Positions 42,663 to 53,683 of a stretch of DNA of 64,000 nucleotides are shown one piece after another (the first letter of the stretch is position 1; each line of letters opens with the position of its first letter). The translations under genes and the position numbers were made by a program. This stretch comes from Andalucia godoyi And28. Taxonomy: Eukaryota > Protista > Jakobida. The notes under the pieces were generated by a model, which saw nothing but the letters and a program-made list of their open reading frames with translations, made no database searches and was not told the DNA's origin. The stretch spans positions 12,097-76,096 of the forward strand of contig VRVR01000011.1 of NCBI GenBank assembly GCA_009859145.1, written 5' to 3'.

Positions 42663-43118
42663 TCACATGGACGGTGACCTCGTGCGAAACCACGCAAAGA
42701 CTGAGCGGCACTCCGTCATGATCTGCAGGTTCAGGTCACACGACGTTTCGCTTGCATCGACAAGAATGCGCGACTTATCCCAAGTCGAGTCGTACTGAAC
42801 ATACGACCCAGAAATTGGAGCTCCGAGCACGGCATGATTCACATACATCGCACTCCAGAGCCACGTTCCGCATCCGTCGATCTTGCGGCAGGCCTTTTGG
42901 TCGAGCACCAGTGCCATGTCCGAAGTGTTCACGACGTATCGATGGCCTTCGCCAGTCCATTCCACGCAATGCGGGCATTCATAATATGGATTCAAAAGCC
43001 AAACTTCCGAGCCCACGTGGATGGAGATGCCGGCGCGATCGTAGCACCACACAAAGTTGTTACCCGGTCCCACTCTCCAATCGGAGCACGAGTCCGCTTG
43101 ACAAAACGCTGCAAACAT
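42663..43118 (-). CDS. Hypothetical Cys/Trp-rich small protein; a signal-like N-terminus lies in another frame, so possibly frameshifted
   Basis: 151-codon ORF; upstream MRFGLILITTTVWSA is one frame off. Confidence 0.35.
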   Translation of the reverse strand: MFAAFCQADSCSDWRVGPGNNFVWCYDRAGISIHVGSEVWLLNPYYECPHCVEWTGEGHRYVVNTSDMALVLDQKACRKIDGCGTWLWSAMYVNHAVLGAPISGSYVQYDSTWDKSRILVDASETSCDLNLQIMTECRSVFAWFRTRSPSM

Positions 43119-43342
43119 GCAGCTGACCAGACAGTCGTCGTAATCAGGATCAAGCCGAACCGCATCACTCCGTGAATCCAGTTGTATTCCTCTAATCCTC
43201 TAAAAGCGTTGCCGAAACCTGGAAACATGAACCCCATGAACTCCGTGAGCCACCTCCTGGAGCTGTTGGGCAACTTTTGAACTGGTCAGACTGTGGTGTA
43301 TTTCGTTTTCATCGTCTCAGCAAAATGCTATGTCGGGAACTA

Positions 43343-43438
43343 CGCCTACATTATACACTGACATGCATATCTACGAATAGACATGCAAATTCAGTCTTGC
43401 ATCCCGTTGCCGGGAAGGGGATAGGCCCCAACACGCCT
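43343..43438 (-). ncRNA. Putative Fanzor omegaRNA scaffold (family A)
   Basis: CCCG-GCAA-CGGG (GNRA), GCATGTCTA-TTCG-TAGATATGC (UUCG loop), ACTGA/TCAGT stem; GCCTA is complementary to the terminal TAGGC. Confidence 0.75.
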
Positions 43439-43714
43439 CACGGCGTTCTTCAGATAAATGCTCCGCGCTCCGTTCCCAATCTCGATCAATCGGTGAGCCA
43501 CTTTCTCAGCGTGACACGTTGTTCCTGAGAAGGGTGCATTTTGATTCTGACGGCCCTAGCAGCAGGCGCTTTCGTGTCCTCAGTTGCAGCGATTGATGCA
43601 CCTGGAGATACGAGAGGAAGAGGCGGTAGGCGTAGTGACACGTGGTCTCTTAGGAGGTCTGCGGGACGTAGGAGGCCCTGTATCGGGCGGCGTAGGCGTA
43701 GGCGAATGCGTCAT
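43343..43714 (-). mobile_element. Non-autonomous Fanzor2/TnpB derivative, family A, copy 2 (keeps the N-terminus; left end may extend to ~43875)
   Basis: MTHSPTPTPPDTGPPTSRRPPKRPRV (basic NLS-like), frameshift, AARAVRIKMHPSQEQRVTLRKW, deletion junction, IDRDW/NGARSIYLKNAVRRVGAYPLPGNGMQD*. Right end ATGTAGGCG at 43343. Confidence 0.88.
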
Positions 43715-44107
43715 CCCAGCGCGCCCACGCCCATATTTGAATAAAAGAGTGAAACCAAAAAACCAAACCAACGAATGATAGAATAGATGGCTATGGATGT
43801 TGCGTTAAAGAGTGTCGAAAATGCAGAGCCTGTGTCACCGGCTGAATTTTGGCCGAGCGTGCGTAAGCACGAATTCCTGTGAAACAAGCGTGCTGGTGTC
43901 GGCCACCGTGTCTTATAAAAAACACGAAAAAGTCTCTCTTTTCCACGATTTCGTGTGCGTTTGTATTGGTTCTAATATTTCGTTTACTCGATTCCTTTGA
44001 TTGTTGTGTTTTCGTCTGTCTGTTAGACCTTGAAACTCTATCGGTATCGTGTTGGTGTCTTAAACGAGAACGACAAAAACAGAAGGAAAAAAAAATTCGT
44101 TGTGAGG

Positions 44108-45196
44108 ATGTCGCTCGATTCACAAGCGAGTCTGGTTTGGGGTGTTCTGTCTACTGCAAACATTGCAAAGCGAAGTATTGAAGCGATTCGTGCTGCGGGC
44201 TCGAGCGTGTTGGCGATTGCAAGCCGAGATGCAACGAAGGCCGCGTCCTTTGCTTCCGAGTTTGGGATTCCAGTTTCGTATGGCTCCTACGAATTGCTCC
44301 TGGAAGACCCGAGGATTCAGGCTGTATACGTCCCGCTGCCTTGCTCGATGCACAAGAAATGGGTACTTGAAGCGGCTGTCCGGAGGAAGCACGTCCTGGT
44401 GGAGAAGCCTGCTGCTGTGAATGCCTTGGAGGTTGCTGAAATGACTGAGTGCTGCAAAGCGAATAATGTGCTCTACATGGACGGTGTTCACTACATGCAC
44501 AGCTTGCGGACAGCGCGGATACTCGAGATTGTTCAAGGAAGCCGTGCGTATTCTGGCCAATTTTCGCTTGGCGATCTCCGCCATTTGGACATTGTGTTTT
44601 CATTTCTCGGCGATTCCAACTTTATGCAAACGAACATTCGCACGCATCGTGATCTGGAGCCACTGGGCGTTCTTGGTGATCTGGGAGTTTACTCGATTCG
44701 GTACATGGTCGTTTTGCTGGCTCAAGTGTATGCGAAGAGCGGACTTCCGGCCGCCGCATTTAATCCGACTGAACATTGCAAATGCTCGTTTTCAAGGATA
44801 CATAAGGAGTCGTTAGAGGGCGTCCCGACTGAGATGAGCGTGTGCTTTGAGTGGGACTGTGGAGTCACGTCGAACATGTTCTTGTCGTTTCATGCAGCTC
44901 CTGCTCAGCGCGCGTTCCTCGTAGGAACTGCTGGAACCGTGACAGTCGATGACTTTTCCTCGGCAAAGATTGCAATGGGATCGCAATTTCGGGTGTCTTC
45001 CGTTGTGTCAGGAGACGTTGTCGAGAGTGTCGAATCGGTAATCGAACCGCAGAATGTTCGGATGTTTTCTCGATTCGCACAGCTTGCAGAATATCCTTTA
45101 TCCGCGGAAGCAGGGTACTGGAGAAACATTAGCGTTTGGACGCAGGCTCTTATGGACACTTGTTTGGCACGGGCTGTTCGATCCGCTCAAACCTGA
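44108..45196 (+). CDS. Gfo/Idh/MocA-family oxidoreductase
   Basis: WGVLSTANIA, YGSYELLLEDP, AVYVPLP, KHVLVEKP, GVLGDLGVY. Confidence 0.92.
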   Translation: MSLDSQASLVWGVLSTANIAKRSIEAIRAAGSSVLAIASRDATKAASFASEFGIPVSYGSYELLLEDPRIQAVYVPLPCSMHKKWVLEAAVRRKHVLVEKPAAVNALEVAEMTECCKANNVLYMDGVHYMHSLRTARILEIVQGSRAYSGQFSLGDLRHLDIVFSFLGDSNFMQTNIRTHRDLEPLGVLGDLGVYSIRYMVVLLAQVYAKSGLPAAAFNPTEHCKCSFSRIHKESLEGVPTEMSVCFEWDCGVTSNMFLSFHAAPAQRAFLVGTAGTVTVDDFSSAKIAMGSQFRVSSVVSGDVVESVESVIEPQNVRMFSRFAQLAEYPLSAEAGYWRNISVWTQALMDTCLARAVRSAQT

Positions 45197-45718
45197 TCCT
45201 TTTGTGCTGCAGTCTGTGATTTTTTTAAAAAAGAGGGGAGATTTCATTCCACACACACACACACGCGCGCGCGTCTGTCTCAGCATTCGGGTTCGATTAT
45301 GTATAAAGACATTCGAAACGCATTCCGATGCTCTGCGTTGTTGCGATCCAAAGACGTGCGTTCTTCTTCTGAAAAGATGAAGCCCACGAATTACATGCCC
45401 CAGTCGCAGGTACAATTCTTCCAAGATCAGGAAATCGGAATGCGCAGGTTCACAGCTCGTATGCGCATCCTTTTCTTCGATTAGGGCACACGCATTTCAA
45501 TAAACACAAAGAATCCGGGGAACGTACACGAAATGTTCGGCAGCAGACAGACTTTCGTATGATGATTTTTATTATTTTTTTGTTCCCGACTTCCGGCTGA
45601 ATGTCTCTTTTTTATATTTCTCTTCTACTTTCCCTGCTTTCCCTATTTCTTCTTCTGCTTGTCGTTGTCGTTGGTGTTGTTGTTGTTTTTTGAGAATTCT
45701 AGTACGGTACATGTAAAC

Positions 45719-47449
45719 ATGAAAGTCTGGTGCGGGTTTCCAGTGTGCTGTTGGACGCTGGTTGCTCTGTTGTTAAGTACGTTTGTCGTGGACTTGCATG
45801 CTCAATCGATTTCGTCTGTGTTTGGCCGATCGCCATCTGAAGATTCGCCGGTGATTCATGCATCCGTCTATCGTTCCGAGCATCAAGGGTGGTATGTTGA
45901 AACGGGGGTTCTTGATCCGCATGCAGTTGCGATCCTGAGTGTCAGCGACGCGATTGCCAGCGACGGGTGGATGTACTTGAATCTGACGTCGAACTCGGCT
46001 TTTGCTGACGACGTGCAAGCATATGGAGCTGGATACGTAGAAGGTTATGTCACGGCAAAGCGCATCCATATGCATTTTGAAAATGTGCTGGCTGATAACT
46101 TTGGAAGCAATGTTACAACGATCCCGGAAGACGTGATCGACTGGTTCGACCAGCAGATGCACTGGACCGACTCCATGGTTGCAGCGCACAAGAACGATGC
46201 GTATTGGCAATTGGTGGGATCGATTGCCCAGCAGTACCGTGGGGTTGTGGATGGATACAACCAGGCCAACCCTGCATTTCCGCTTTCGTATTCCCAGATG
46301 CACATCATTGCATCCGAAGGCGATCTCTGGGACGTCATGGACTCGCTGGACCCGAGCAGCCGTCCCAATGTGAACAAAATGACAAACCGAGAACTTCATG
46401 AATACGCCAACACCAATTCACATTGCTCGTCTCTGGTGGTGGTCACCCCAGACTTGACCGAGTTGTTTGCAGGACACTCTAGCTGGGACACGTTTATGGT
46501 GCTGACGCGTGTGTGGAAGACTGTTTCACTGCAGCTTCACAATCCGCTTGTGAAGGCACACACAATGATGTTTTCGTCATATCCTGCAACGCTTTCGAGC
46601 GAGGACGACTGGATGCTGATGCCAGAGACCCAGATTCTCATGATGGAAACTACGAACAACATCTTCAATGACTCGTTGTGGGGACTGATCACGCCGCGGG
46701 GGCTGCTTTCGTGGCAACGCGTTCTCCTTGCAAATTATGCAGCCGTTCAATCTGGCCGCGATTGGCTGCTGTTTTTCGACCGATTTTCATCGCAGACCTA
46801 CAACAATCAGTACCAAATTGTCGCGTATAGTTTGTTTACGCCGGGTCGGCCGCTCGCGGACGACACCCTGTGGATTATTGAGCAGACGCCGGGCTACACG
46901 AGGGGCGATGACATGACATCCTATCTCTCGCTTGGACATTGGCCATCCTTCAACATTCCGTTCTATCCCGATGTGTGGGAGCGTCTTGGCTACAATCTGC
47001 TTGTGGAAAAGACAAAAGACTACACCTGGACTTGGCAACTTGCCCCGCGATCTCTGATTTTCCGTCGAGATGCATCCGCTGTGCAAAGCGTCGAAGCGAT
47101 GGCTAGGATCATGCGGTACAACAAGTTCCAAACAGATCCATTGTCCAGCGGCAATCCAGAGAATGCAATTATGAGCCGCTTCGATCTTCTCCCATCCTTG
47201 GATCACGAGTATCAGCCTGCTGGCGGCATCGATTCCAAGTTCTGCTCCGCGGCCATGGCGGCCAAGGGCTCTGCGATGATCCAAGTTGGTCCGACCCACG
47301 ATGACCAAACCGCGTTCTCCTGGTCCAAGTTCGAACAGGCAAGCGGGCGAACCTACATCCATCTCGGCCAGCCGGACACCTGGGACTTTCCGTGGATCCA
47401 CGTGGGCAGCGATAGCGACGCTGGCAGCTCCAATCGCGTTACTGCGTGA
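45719..47449 (+). CDS. Phospholipase B-like (PLBD/laminin A family) lysosomal Ntn hydrolase
   Basis: Signal peptide; AYGAGYVEG, HCSSLV (Ntn Cys), AGHSSW, FSSYPATLSSEDDW, TYNNQY, WPSFNIPFY, IMRYNKF. Confidence 0.92.
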   Translation: MKVWCGFPVCCWTLVALLLSTFVVDLHAQSISSVFGRSPSEDSPVIHASVYRSEHQGWYVETGVLDPHAVAILSVSDAIASDGWMYLNLTSNSAFADDVQAYGAGYVEGYVTAKRIHMHFENVLADNFGSNVTTIPEDVIDWFDQQMHWTDSMVAAHKNDAYWQLVGSIAQQYRGVVDGYNQANPAFPLSYSQMHIIASEGDLWDVMDSLDPSSRPNVNKMTNRELHEYANTNSHCSSLVVVTPDLTELFAGHSSWDTFMVLTRVWKTVSLQLHNPLVKAHTMMFSSYPATLSSEDDWMLMPETQILMMETTNNIFNDSLWGLITPRGLLSWQRVLLANYAAVQSGRDWLLFFDRFSSQTYNNQYQIVAYSLFTPGRPLADDTLWIIEQTPGYTRGDDMTSYLSLGHWPSFNIPFYPDVWERLGYNLLVEKTKDYTWTWQLAPRSLIFRRDASAVQSVEAMARIMRYNKFQTDPLSSGNPENAIMSRFDLLPSLDHEYQPAGGIDSKFCSAAMAAKGSAMIQVGPTHDDQTAFSWSKFEQASGRTYIHLGQPDTWDFPWIHVGSDSDAGSSNRVTA

Positions 47450-47726
47450 TAATATTACCCCCCCCCCCCCCCCTTTTTTTTTTTAGGACTTCATTTACTT
47501 TTTTTCCCTCTCCTCCCCCCAAAGTCACAGAGGACACATGTACCCACAAAACAGAAACAAAAACAAAAACAAAAAAAACAAGCTTGAGTTGTTGTTTTTC
47601 CTCCTTCCCCTCCGTGTTGCCTTCCTGTGCTGTCCATGGCATTGACTGTCCTTTCTTCACAACAATCCGATCGCGTAAATTTAAAAATAAAAGAAAAGAA
47701 AAAACACGAAGGAAAGAAACTTGACT

Positions 47727-48416
47727 TTAGCAGCACCCCTTTTTCTTGGGCTTTGGATTGTCCAACGCCGGGTCTGTCACAACGATTGTTTCTCGTGGTC
47801 TTGAAGCCGTTTCTGGCTTGTCATCCTTGGAGATGGCTGCACCGCCTGTGGCCGCACCTGCGCCTCCACCGACACCCGGCTTCGTCATGTTTTTGAAGAT
47901 TTCCGTCAGGATCGTTTGGAATGAAAGCTCCACATTTGTCGAGTCGAGTGCCGACGTTTCCATAAAGTTCAGTCCGTGCTTCTCCGCAAAACCCTTTGCC
48001 TCGTCCGTCGTCACTGCTCTCAAATGCCGCAAATCACACTTGTTTCCAACCAACATGATCACAATGTGTGAGTCTGCGTGTTCCCGAAGCTCCTTCAGCC
48101 ACCTCTCGACATTCTCATACGTTGCATGTTTTGCAATATCATACACAAGAAGCGCGCCAACTGCTCCGCGATAGTACGCGGACGTGATTGCACGGTACCG
48201 CTCCTGGCCAGCTGTATCCCAGATCTGTGCCTTGATCGTCTTTGAATCAACAGTAATGCTGCGCGTCGCAAACTCCACTCCAATTGTGCTCTTCGACTCC
48301 AAATTGAACTCATTGCGCGTAAATCGCGAAAGAAGATTCGACTTTCCAACTCCAGAATCCCCAATCAGGACAATCTTGAACAGATAATCATAGTCCTCGT
48401 TGCCGTCTTTGCTCAT
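47727..48416 (-). CDS. RAB11: Rab11 GTPase
   Basis: [43 protein letters not shown]; C-terminal CC. Confidence 0.98.
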   Translation of the reverse strand: MSKDGNEDYDYLFKIVLIGDSGVGKSNLLSRFTRNEFNLESKSTIGVEFATRSITVDSKTIKAQIWDTAGQERYRAITSAYYRGAVGALLVYDIAKHATYENVERWLKELREHADSHIVIMLVGNKCDLRHLRAVTTDEAKGFAEKHGLNFMETSALDSTNVELSFQTILTEIFKNMTKPGVGGGAGAATGGAAISKDDKPETASRPRETIVVTDPALDNPKPKKKGCC

Positions 48417-48884
48417 CCTGCTGGTTTTGCTGTTGCTTGTATTTCTCCAACTCTCGCTTCTTTTCTTCCTCTTTTCTTTTGTTTTTTGTTTTTCTTTTCT
48501 CCCCTTTTTTTCCTTCTTTTTTTGGCTTTGTCCTTGCGCTTGTTTGTTTGTTTGTTCTCGCCTCTCCTTTTTTGCTCAGCAACCGATGTAATGAAAACAA
48601 AAGAATGGAAAGGAGGAAATGATAATTAGAACGGCGGTAAACGACGAAAAAGTGAAGGAGTGATTATGTTGTTTTTTTGTTGTTGTTTTTTTTTTAAATA
48701 AAAAAAATAAAGGAAAAGAAGGAAAAGAAGGAAAAGAACGAGAAAAGAAAGAACGAGATTGTTTGGGATTTGAGAGGAAACGTGTCTCCGATTTTTTTAA
48801 TTGAAAAGTGAGGAAAACAGGAATGCAAATTGAAATGGTCTTATCGAAACGACTCGAACTTTTTCCTCTCTTTTATTTCGTGTG

Positions 48885-48919
48885 TGTCATGTCAGTGTGT
48901 CAGTTTGTCAGAAGTGTCA
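48885..48919. promoter_or_regulatory. Cluster of five TGTCA/TGACA motifs in the Rab11-CenH3 divergent intergenic region
   Basis: TGTCA at 48885, 48890, 48898, 48906 and 48915, with unequal spacers. Confidence 0.35.
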
Positions 48920-49477
48920 CTGATTCATTGTGTAAAGTTTGACTCTGTCCTGCTGTAGTACCCGACGGAAAGAAAAAAAAAAAACAGCGCCTTTGCTGTA
49001 TTATTTTTTTGAAAGGCAGCGGTCGTAGACGTCTTCTTGAATTCTTTCTGCACGCGCACGCGCTCACAAACCTCGAGACAAGGAGAGGCGTTGGGTTCAC
49101 GTCCACGTTTCTCCTTGTGCCTTACTATGTTTTTCCCTCCCAAAGTCCCGCGAATCCCGTCAACAACTCAACCAATAAATAATTGTTTTGTTTTGTTTTG
49201 TTGTTGACTATTGGCGTTTTTCAATTTATTTATTATTATTATTTTTAACGATCCTTTTGTTTTCTTTCTTTCTTTCTTTCTTCTTCACATCCACATTCTT
49301 GTTTCCGTATTTTGTCAGCCGTATCTTTTGGATCCATCCATCACTCAAAAGAAGAAGAAAAAGAAAAAGAAGTTGTCAAGAAAGGTGGGAAACCAGCAAG
49401 AGAAAAGGAACAGAGAAGCAAGACTGGGAGGTTTTTGTTGTTCTTGTTTGTTTGTTTGTTTGTTTTTCTTTTTGTGA

Positions 49478-49933
49478 ATGGCGCCTCGAAATATTCCAAC
49501 TCCAGTTCGACGAACGCCAGTTGGTGGTGGTGGTGGTGGTGGTGGTGGTGGTGCGACACGCAGCTTTCCATCTGCATCCTCGTTTAGTGTTCCGAAACCA
49601 GTTGTTCCTCGGCCGGTGAAGCCACATCGATTCCGACCCGGTACAGTTGCGCTTCGTGAGATTCGGAAATTCCAGAGCTCTACTCAACTTCTATTGCGCA
49701 AGCTTCCCTTTTCCAGACTCGTCCGAGAAATCACATCGATGATCGAGCCACTCGAGACCATTCGATGGCGTGCAGAGGCCCTCGAGGCTCTCCAGGAGGC
49801 CGCAGAAATGCATCTCGTTGGCCTTTTTGAGGACGCAAACTTGTGTGCGATCCATGCAAAGAGAGTTACGCTTATGGTCAAGGATATCCAACTCGCAAGA
49901 CGAATTCGGGGCATCCAACAAGCTGGGTACTGA
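49478..49933 (+). CDS. CENPA: Centromeric histone H3 variant (CenH3/CENP-A)
   Basis: H3 fold with a non-canonical tail; LPFSRL (Q to S), longer loop 1, RWRAEAL (F to W), FEDANL (T to A). Confidence 0.88.
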   Translation: MAPRNIPTPVRRTPVGGGGGGGGGGATRSFPSASSFSVPKPVVPRPVKPHRFRPGTVALREIRKFQSSTQLLLRKLPFSRLVREITSMIEPLETIRWRAEALEALQEAAEMHLVGLFEDANLCAIHAKRVTLMVKDIQLARRIRGIQQAGY

Positions 49934-50527
49934 GACGTCATGGTTTATATGTTGCTGTTCTTTTCTGTCAAGGATTTCTTCTTCTTTTTTCTTTTTTTTT
50001 TTTCTTTTAATTTTTTTTTAATTATTGCTACATCTTTTCCTGCTTGCATATTGGCGCCTTGCGTTTGTTTGTTTTGCGTATTCTGTTTTATTCTCTGAAA
50101 ATGCATTGTTGTGTATCCTTTTTTGTGCTATATTCGTGTGTGTGTATGTGTGGGCGTGTGTGTGTGTGTGTGTGCGTGTGTGTGTTTCCCTTTATTTTGC
50201 GTGTTGTTTTGGATGGATGCTTTTTTGAGGCTCCACTCCCAGAAAAGAAGATGAAAAAAGACGATGTACAGTATTCTGTAAAAAGAAGAAACGAAAAACA
50301 GAAAGCCAAAGAAGAGAGAAGAGATAAGAAGAAGAAGACGGGGATATGGAGGGGAGACGCAATTCTTCTGGATACTGCCATTTTATGTTCCCATTTGGTA
50401 TTTATTCGGTTTTGCAGATCTCCATCGTTGACAATGTATGGATCCCCTGGAGATATTGTCGTCTTCTCTTCGCTTACGACCACGGCTATGACTACGATTA
50501 CCACTACTTCTGTGGTTGCTGCTATTG

Positions 50528-50530
50528 TTA

Positions 50531-50563
<33 letters not shown>

Positions 50564-51754
50564 CTGCTGCTGAGCCGCCAGTTGGGCTTGTGCCTGTGCA
50601 TGCTGCTGCCAAAACATCGCTTGTGGATCCGGCATGCTCAAGTGGCGCTGCATTTGAGCACCATATGGCGGATACCCCTGCGGCATGCCGGGATATCCAA
50701 ATCCAGGATACTGTCCTTGGGGGCCAACACCCTGTCCCCCGCCTTGCTGTCCCCCCGATCCATCAGATTTCACAATGCCCTGCGTGCGCATCCCCATCAT
50801 CATTGGATTGAGGCCGCCCATAGCAGCGACCATGTTTTGCGGAACCGGCATTCCAGGCATCAGCCCCACCATTTGCGACCCGGCGCCACCTTGCTGCTGC
50901 TGTACCTGTTGCTGCTGCTGCGCTTGTTGCTGCTGCTGTTGCGACTGCTGACCTGGTCCATGGCCATCCATGTCATCATGGCCGCCAACCTGTCCGTAAT
51001 GGTGTCCAAGATGCCCATGCGGTCCACCCTGCCCACCTTGCACTCCACCACCAGCCGCCGCAGCCGCAACCGCCGCCGCCTGTGCACTCAACGGATGCAC
51101 CATGCCCATTCCCATTCCCATCGGCATCATCGGCACAGCCATCGGCATCATTGGCATGCCCATCTGCCCACCCTGCCCAACATTCACATTTGAGTTTCCA
51201 GCGTTTGGATTGGCACCTCCAGGCAAGCTCTGGCCTCCCGATCCAGACGATGAGGACTGCCCCGACGACGCCTGGCCTCCATTTCCACTGGCCGACTGTG
51301 GATCTGGGGCATTCAAGCAAGCCTGAATGAGGTTCTTTCCCTCTGGTTTGGTAATGAGCGGCTGCAACTTTGGAGTCGCAAATGTGTACACATGTCCCGT
51401 TTCCGAGGCCACAAGCAGCAGAACCTGGGTGCCCGTCAGCGTCGACAGCTCATATGCCTTCTTCATGATGCCCGCCTTGCGCTTAGAAAACGTAATGTGT
51501 CGACGCGATTTGTCTTCAATGAACTCGATGTTGATCTTGCGGCGACCACGCTTTTCCGATCCGCCGCCACTGCCTCCAATTGATACTCCCCCAGAACCGC
51601 TTACACCGCCTCCAGAAATCGATCCCGTCACCGCTCCCGACGAAACCGCGGCAGGCGCAGAAAACTCAGCAGAAGGCTCCGTTCCCGGAATCGGAGTTGC
51701 ACCCGAGTCCGACCCGTTATCGCTGTCAGAATCCGTTTCCGAAGACCGTGGCAT
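50528..51754 (-). CDS. SRF: SRF-type (type I) MADS-box transcription factor with a Q/G/M-rich C-terminus
   Basis: RGRRKINIEFIEDKSRRHITFSKRKAGIMKKAYELSTLTGTQVLLLVASETGHVYTFATPKLQP. Confidence 0.96.
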
Positions 51755-51944
51755 ATTCAGAAAGAATCAAATTTCCACACACGCACAAAACCAGAGGAGG
51801 GGGTAAGGAAGATTAAAAAATTACAAAATTTCAAATTGCAATTCAAAACAAAAAACCAAAACACGAATTCAATGAAGGAGAAACGGGGATTGATGAATGA
51901 TTATAGGATTATAGGTACTTAGAAAATGAGAATTTCCGGGAATT

Positions 51945-51954
51945 CCAATAAAGG
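51945..51954. promoter_or_regulatory. Consensus CArG box upstream of SRF
   Basis: CCAATAAAGG fits CC(A/T)6GG; about 190 bp upstream of the SRF start codon. Confidence 0.45.
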
Positions 51955-52521
51955 GTATGATAATTATGGGCAAGATAATTACGCTCAAAAGTCCCTTCTT
52001 TTGTGGATTGTGTGTGGCAAGGAAAAAGCTTTCTTCTTTTTTTTTTTTTTTTGTTCCCGTCTTGTTATTGTGGCTGCACCGACAAAGAAAAAGGAAAATG
52101 GAGGGAAAATGGAGTGCTTTAATGAAGGAAAAGGAAAAAGACAAAACGAGAAACGACAAATCGGAAAAGGAAAAGATGGACGAGGAAAAGAGAGTAGACG
52201 AGAGAAAAAGGAAAAGAGGAGTGTCCAAATGAGGGATTCAACTTGACTTTTTCTGGGACGTACAAATAGACATTGTACACAAGACGTGGTTAGCTGACGC
52301 TAACTTCTGGGCCGCCAAAGGGCTGAAAAGTTCCTTGATCCGCGTGTTTTCCTCCGAAAATGAACAGCGCTTGCGGAACGTCACTTGACATCAATCACGA
52401 GTCAGCGTCAACTGCTCCTCCGCCAATCCCTGTTTGTTGTTTTTACAGCTGTTACCCGACTTCCTTTTTTCTTTTTGTTTACCCCGCGCTAAATGCCGCC
52501 ATCTCCCGGTGCTCGTGCGCT

Positions 52522-52522
<1 letters not shown>

Positions 52523-52558
<36 letters not shown>
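52523..52558. repeat. (CA)n microsatellite
   Basis: Seen directly. Confidence 0.95.
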
Positions 52559-52560
<2 letters not shown>

Positions 52561-52933
52561 AACTTCTATTACCCCGGGCTTGTATGTCATAAGCCCATAA
52601 AAACCCCGAGAGGACTGGGTTGAAGCGAGGCTTTTCACTGCGTGTGCTTTTGGGCTTTTGTGCTTCATCCGTAGAATTGCACTCGCTATTTTCTTCGCTA
52701 CACAAAAACACCACAGAACAACAGCACTGGAACTGATTTCGTTGTCCACCGGCAATACAATCAAATAAAAGATGGTAACGACGCAGAAGAGATGCAAGTG
52801 CAAGTACCTTGTGAGGCGCGAGTAAAGACACGCAACCCCCCCACCCCCGATAACTTCTTGCTTTTCATTTCTTGTTTATTGGTTTTGTTGTTCTGATTAA
52901 TAGCAAAATAACACGAGTAAGAGTTGATCAACG

Positions 52934-53275
52934 ATGCCGCGCTATCATGTTGGAGAAAAGGTGAAATGGACGCTATCGGAAAACGAGAATGTTCCAAAAG
53001 AAGCGGACGGAATGCGTGAAAGAGGGGAAGCAACAGCAGCAGCAGAACGCTGGGGAGTGGTCGAAGACGTTCTGTTGTCGGACCCTGGAAACGACTCTGC
53101 GACGATTCCCGAGCATTTTCGAGACGTCTGTGCACGCGCATCCGAAGATAATCCGGTGTACGGAATCATTGCGGGATCTGGCAGACACGGAATCGTCTTT
53201 GTTCCGGAGACACAGGTGATCGAAGTCGATCCCTCAATGAAGGAAGAGCCGCAACGCGCCGAAGTCCACTTTTAA
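52934..53275 (+). CDS. Small HVA1/DUF2945-like Tudor-fold protein
   Basis: YHVGEKVKW, GVVEDV, RASEDNPVYGI. Confidence 0.5.
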   Translation: MPRYHVGEKVKWTLSENENVPKEADGMRERGEATAAAERWGVVEDVLLSDPGNDSATIPEHFRDVCARASEDNPVYGIIAGSGRHGIVFVPETQVIEVDPSMKEEPQRAEVHF

Positions 53276-53683
53276 TCCCGCTGCGTCCTTGCGTAAAAAA
53301 GAAGAACCGCCCCACTCTGCCTTTTTTTAAATTCCATCTGCCCATCTGTCCCTGCTGTCCCCCTATTCCTCCGCAGGTTGTGGTCTTTCCATGAGATCCA
53401 GCGCCTCTGGAGTCCGGACGCTTCCTTTTCTCTGCCGCTGTCGTACACGGCAAGTGGAGTCATGGAATTCGAAACGAAACCCCAAATCGACCAATCCTCT
53501 CTCCGCCTTCACTTTATTTTGCATGCTTGCTTAAGTAACACTCTTTGTTGTTGCCTTTTTTCATCTCGTATTTACTGCTGCACAACTACCACAACTACTA
53601 CAACAGAGATTTCCTCTCTGCATCTTTCGAACTGAACATTTCCTTGTTTCCGGTTAACATTTCTCTCTCGGAAGACAAAGACA

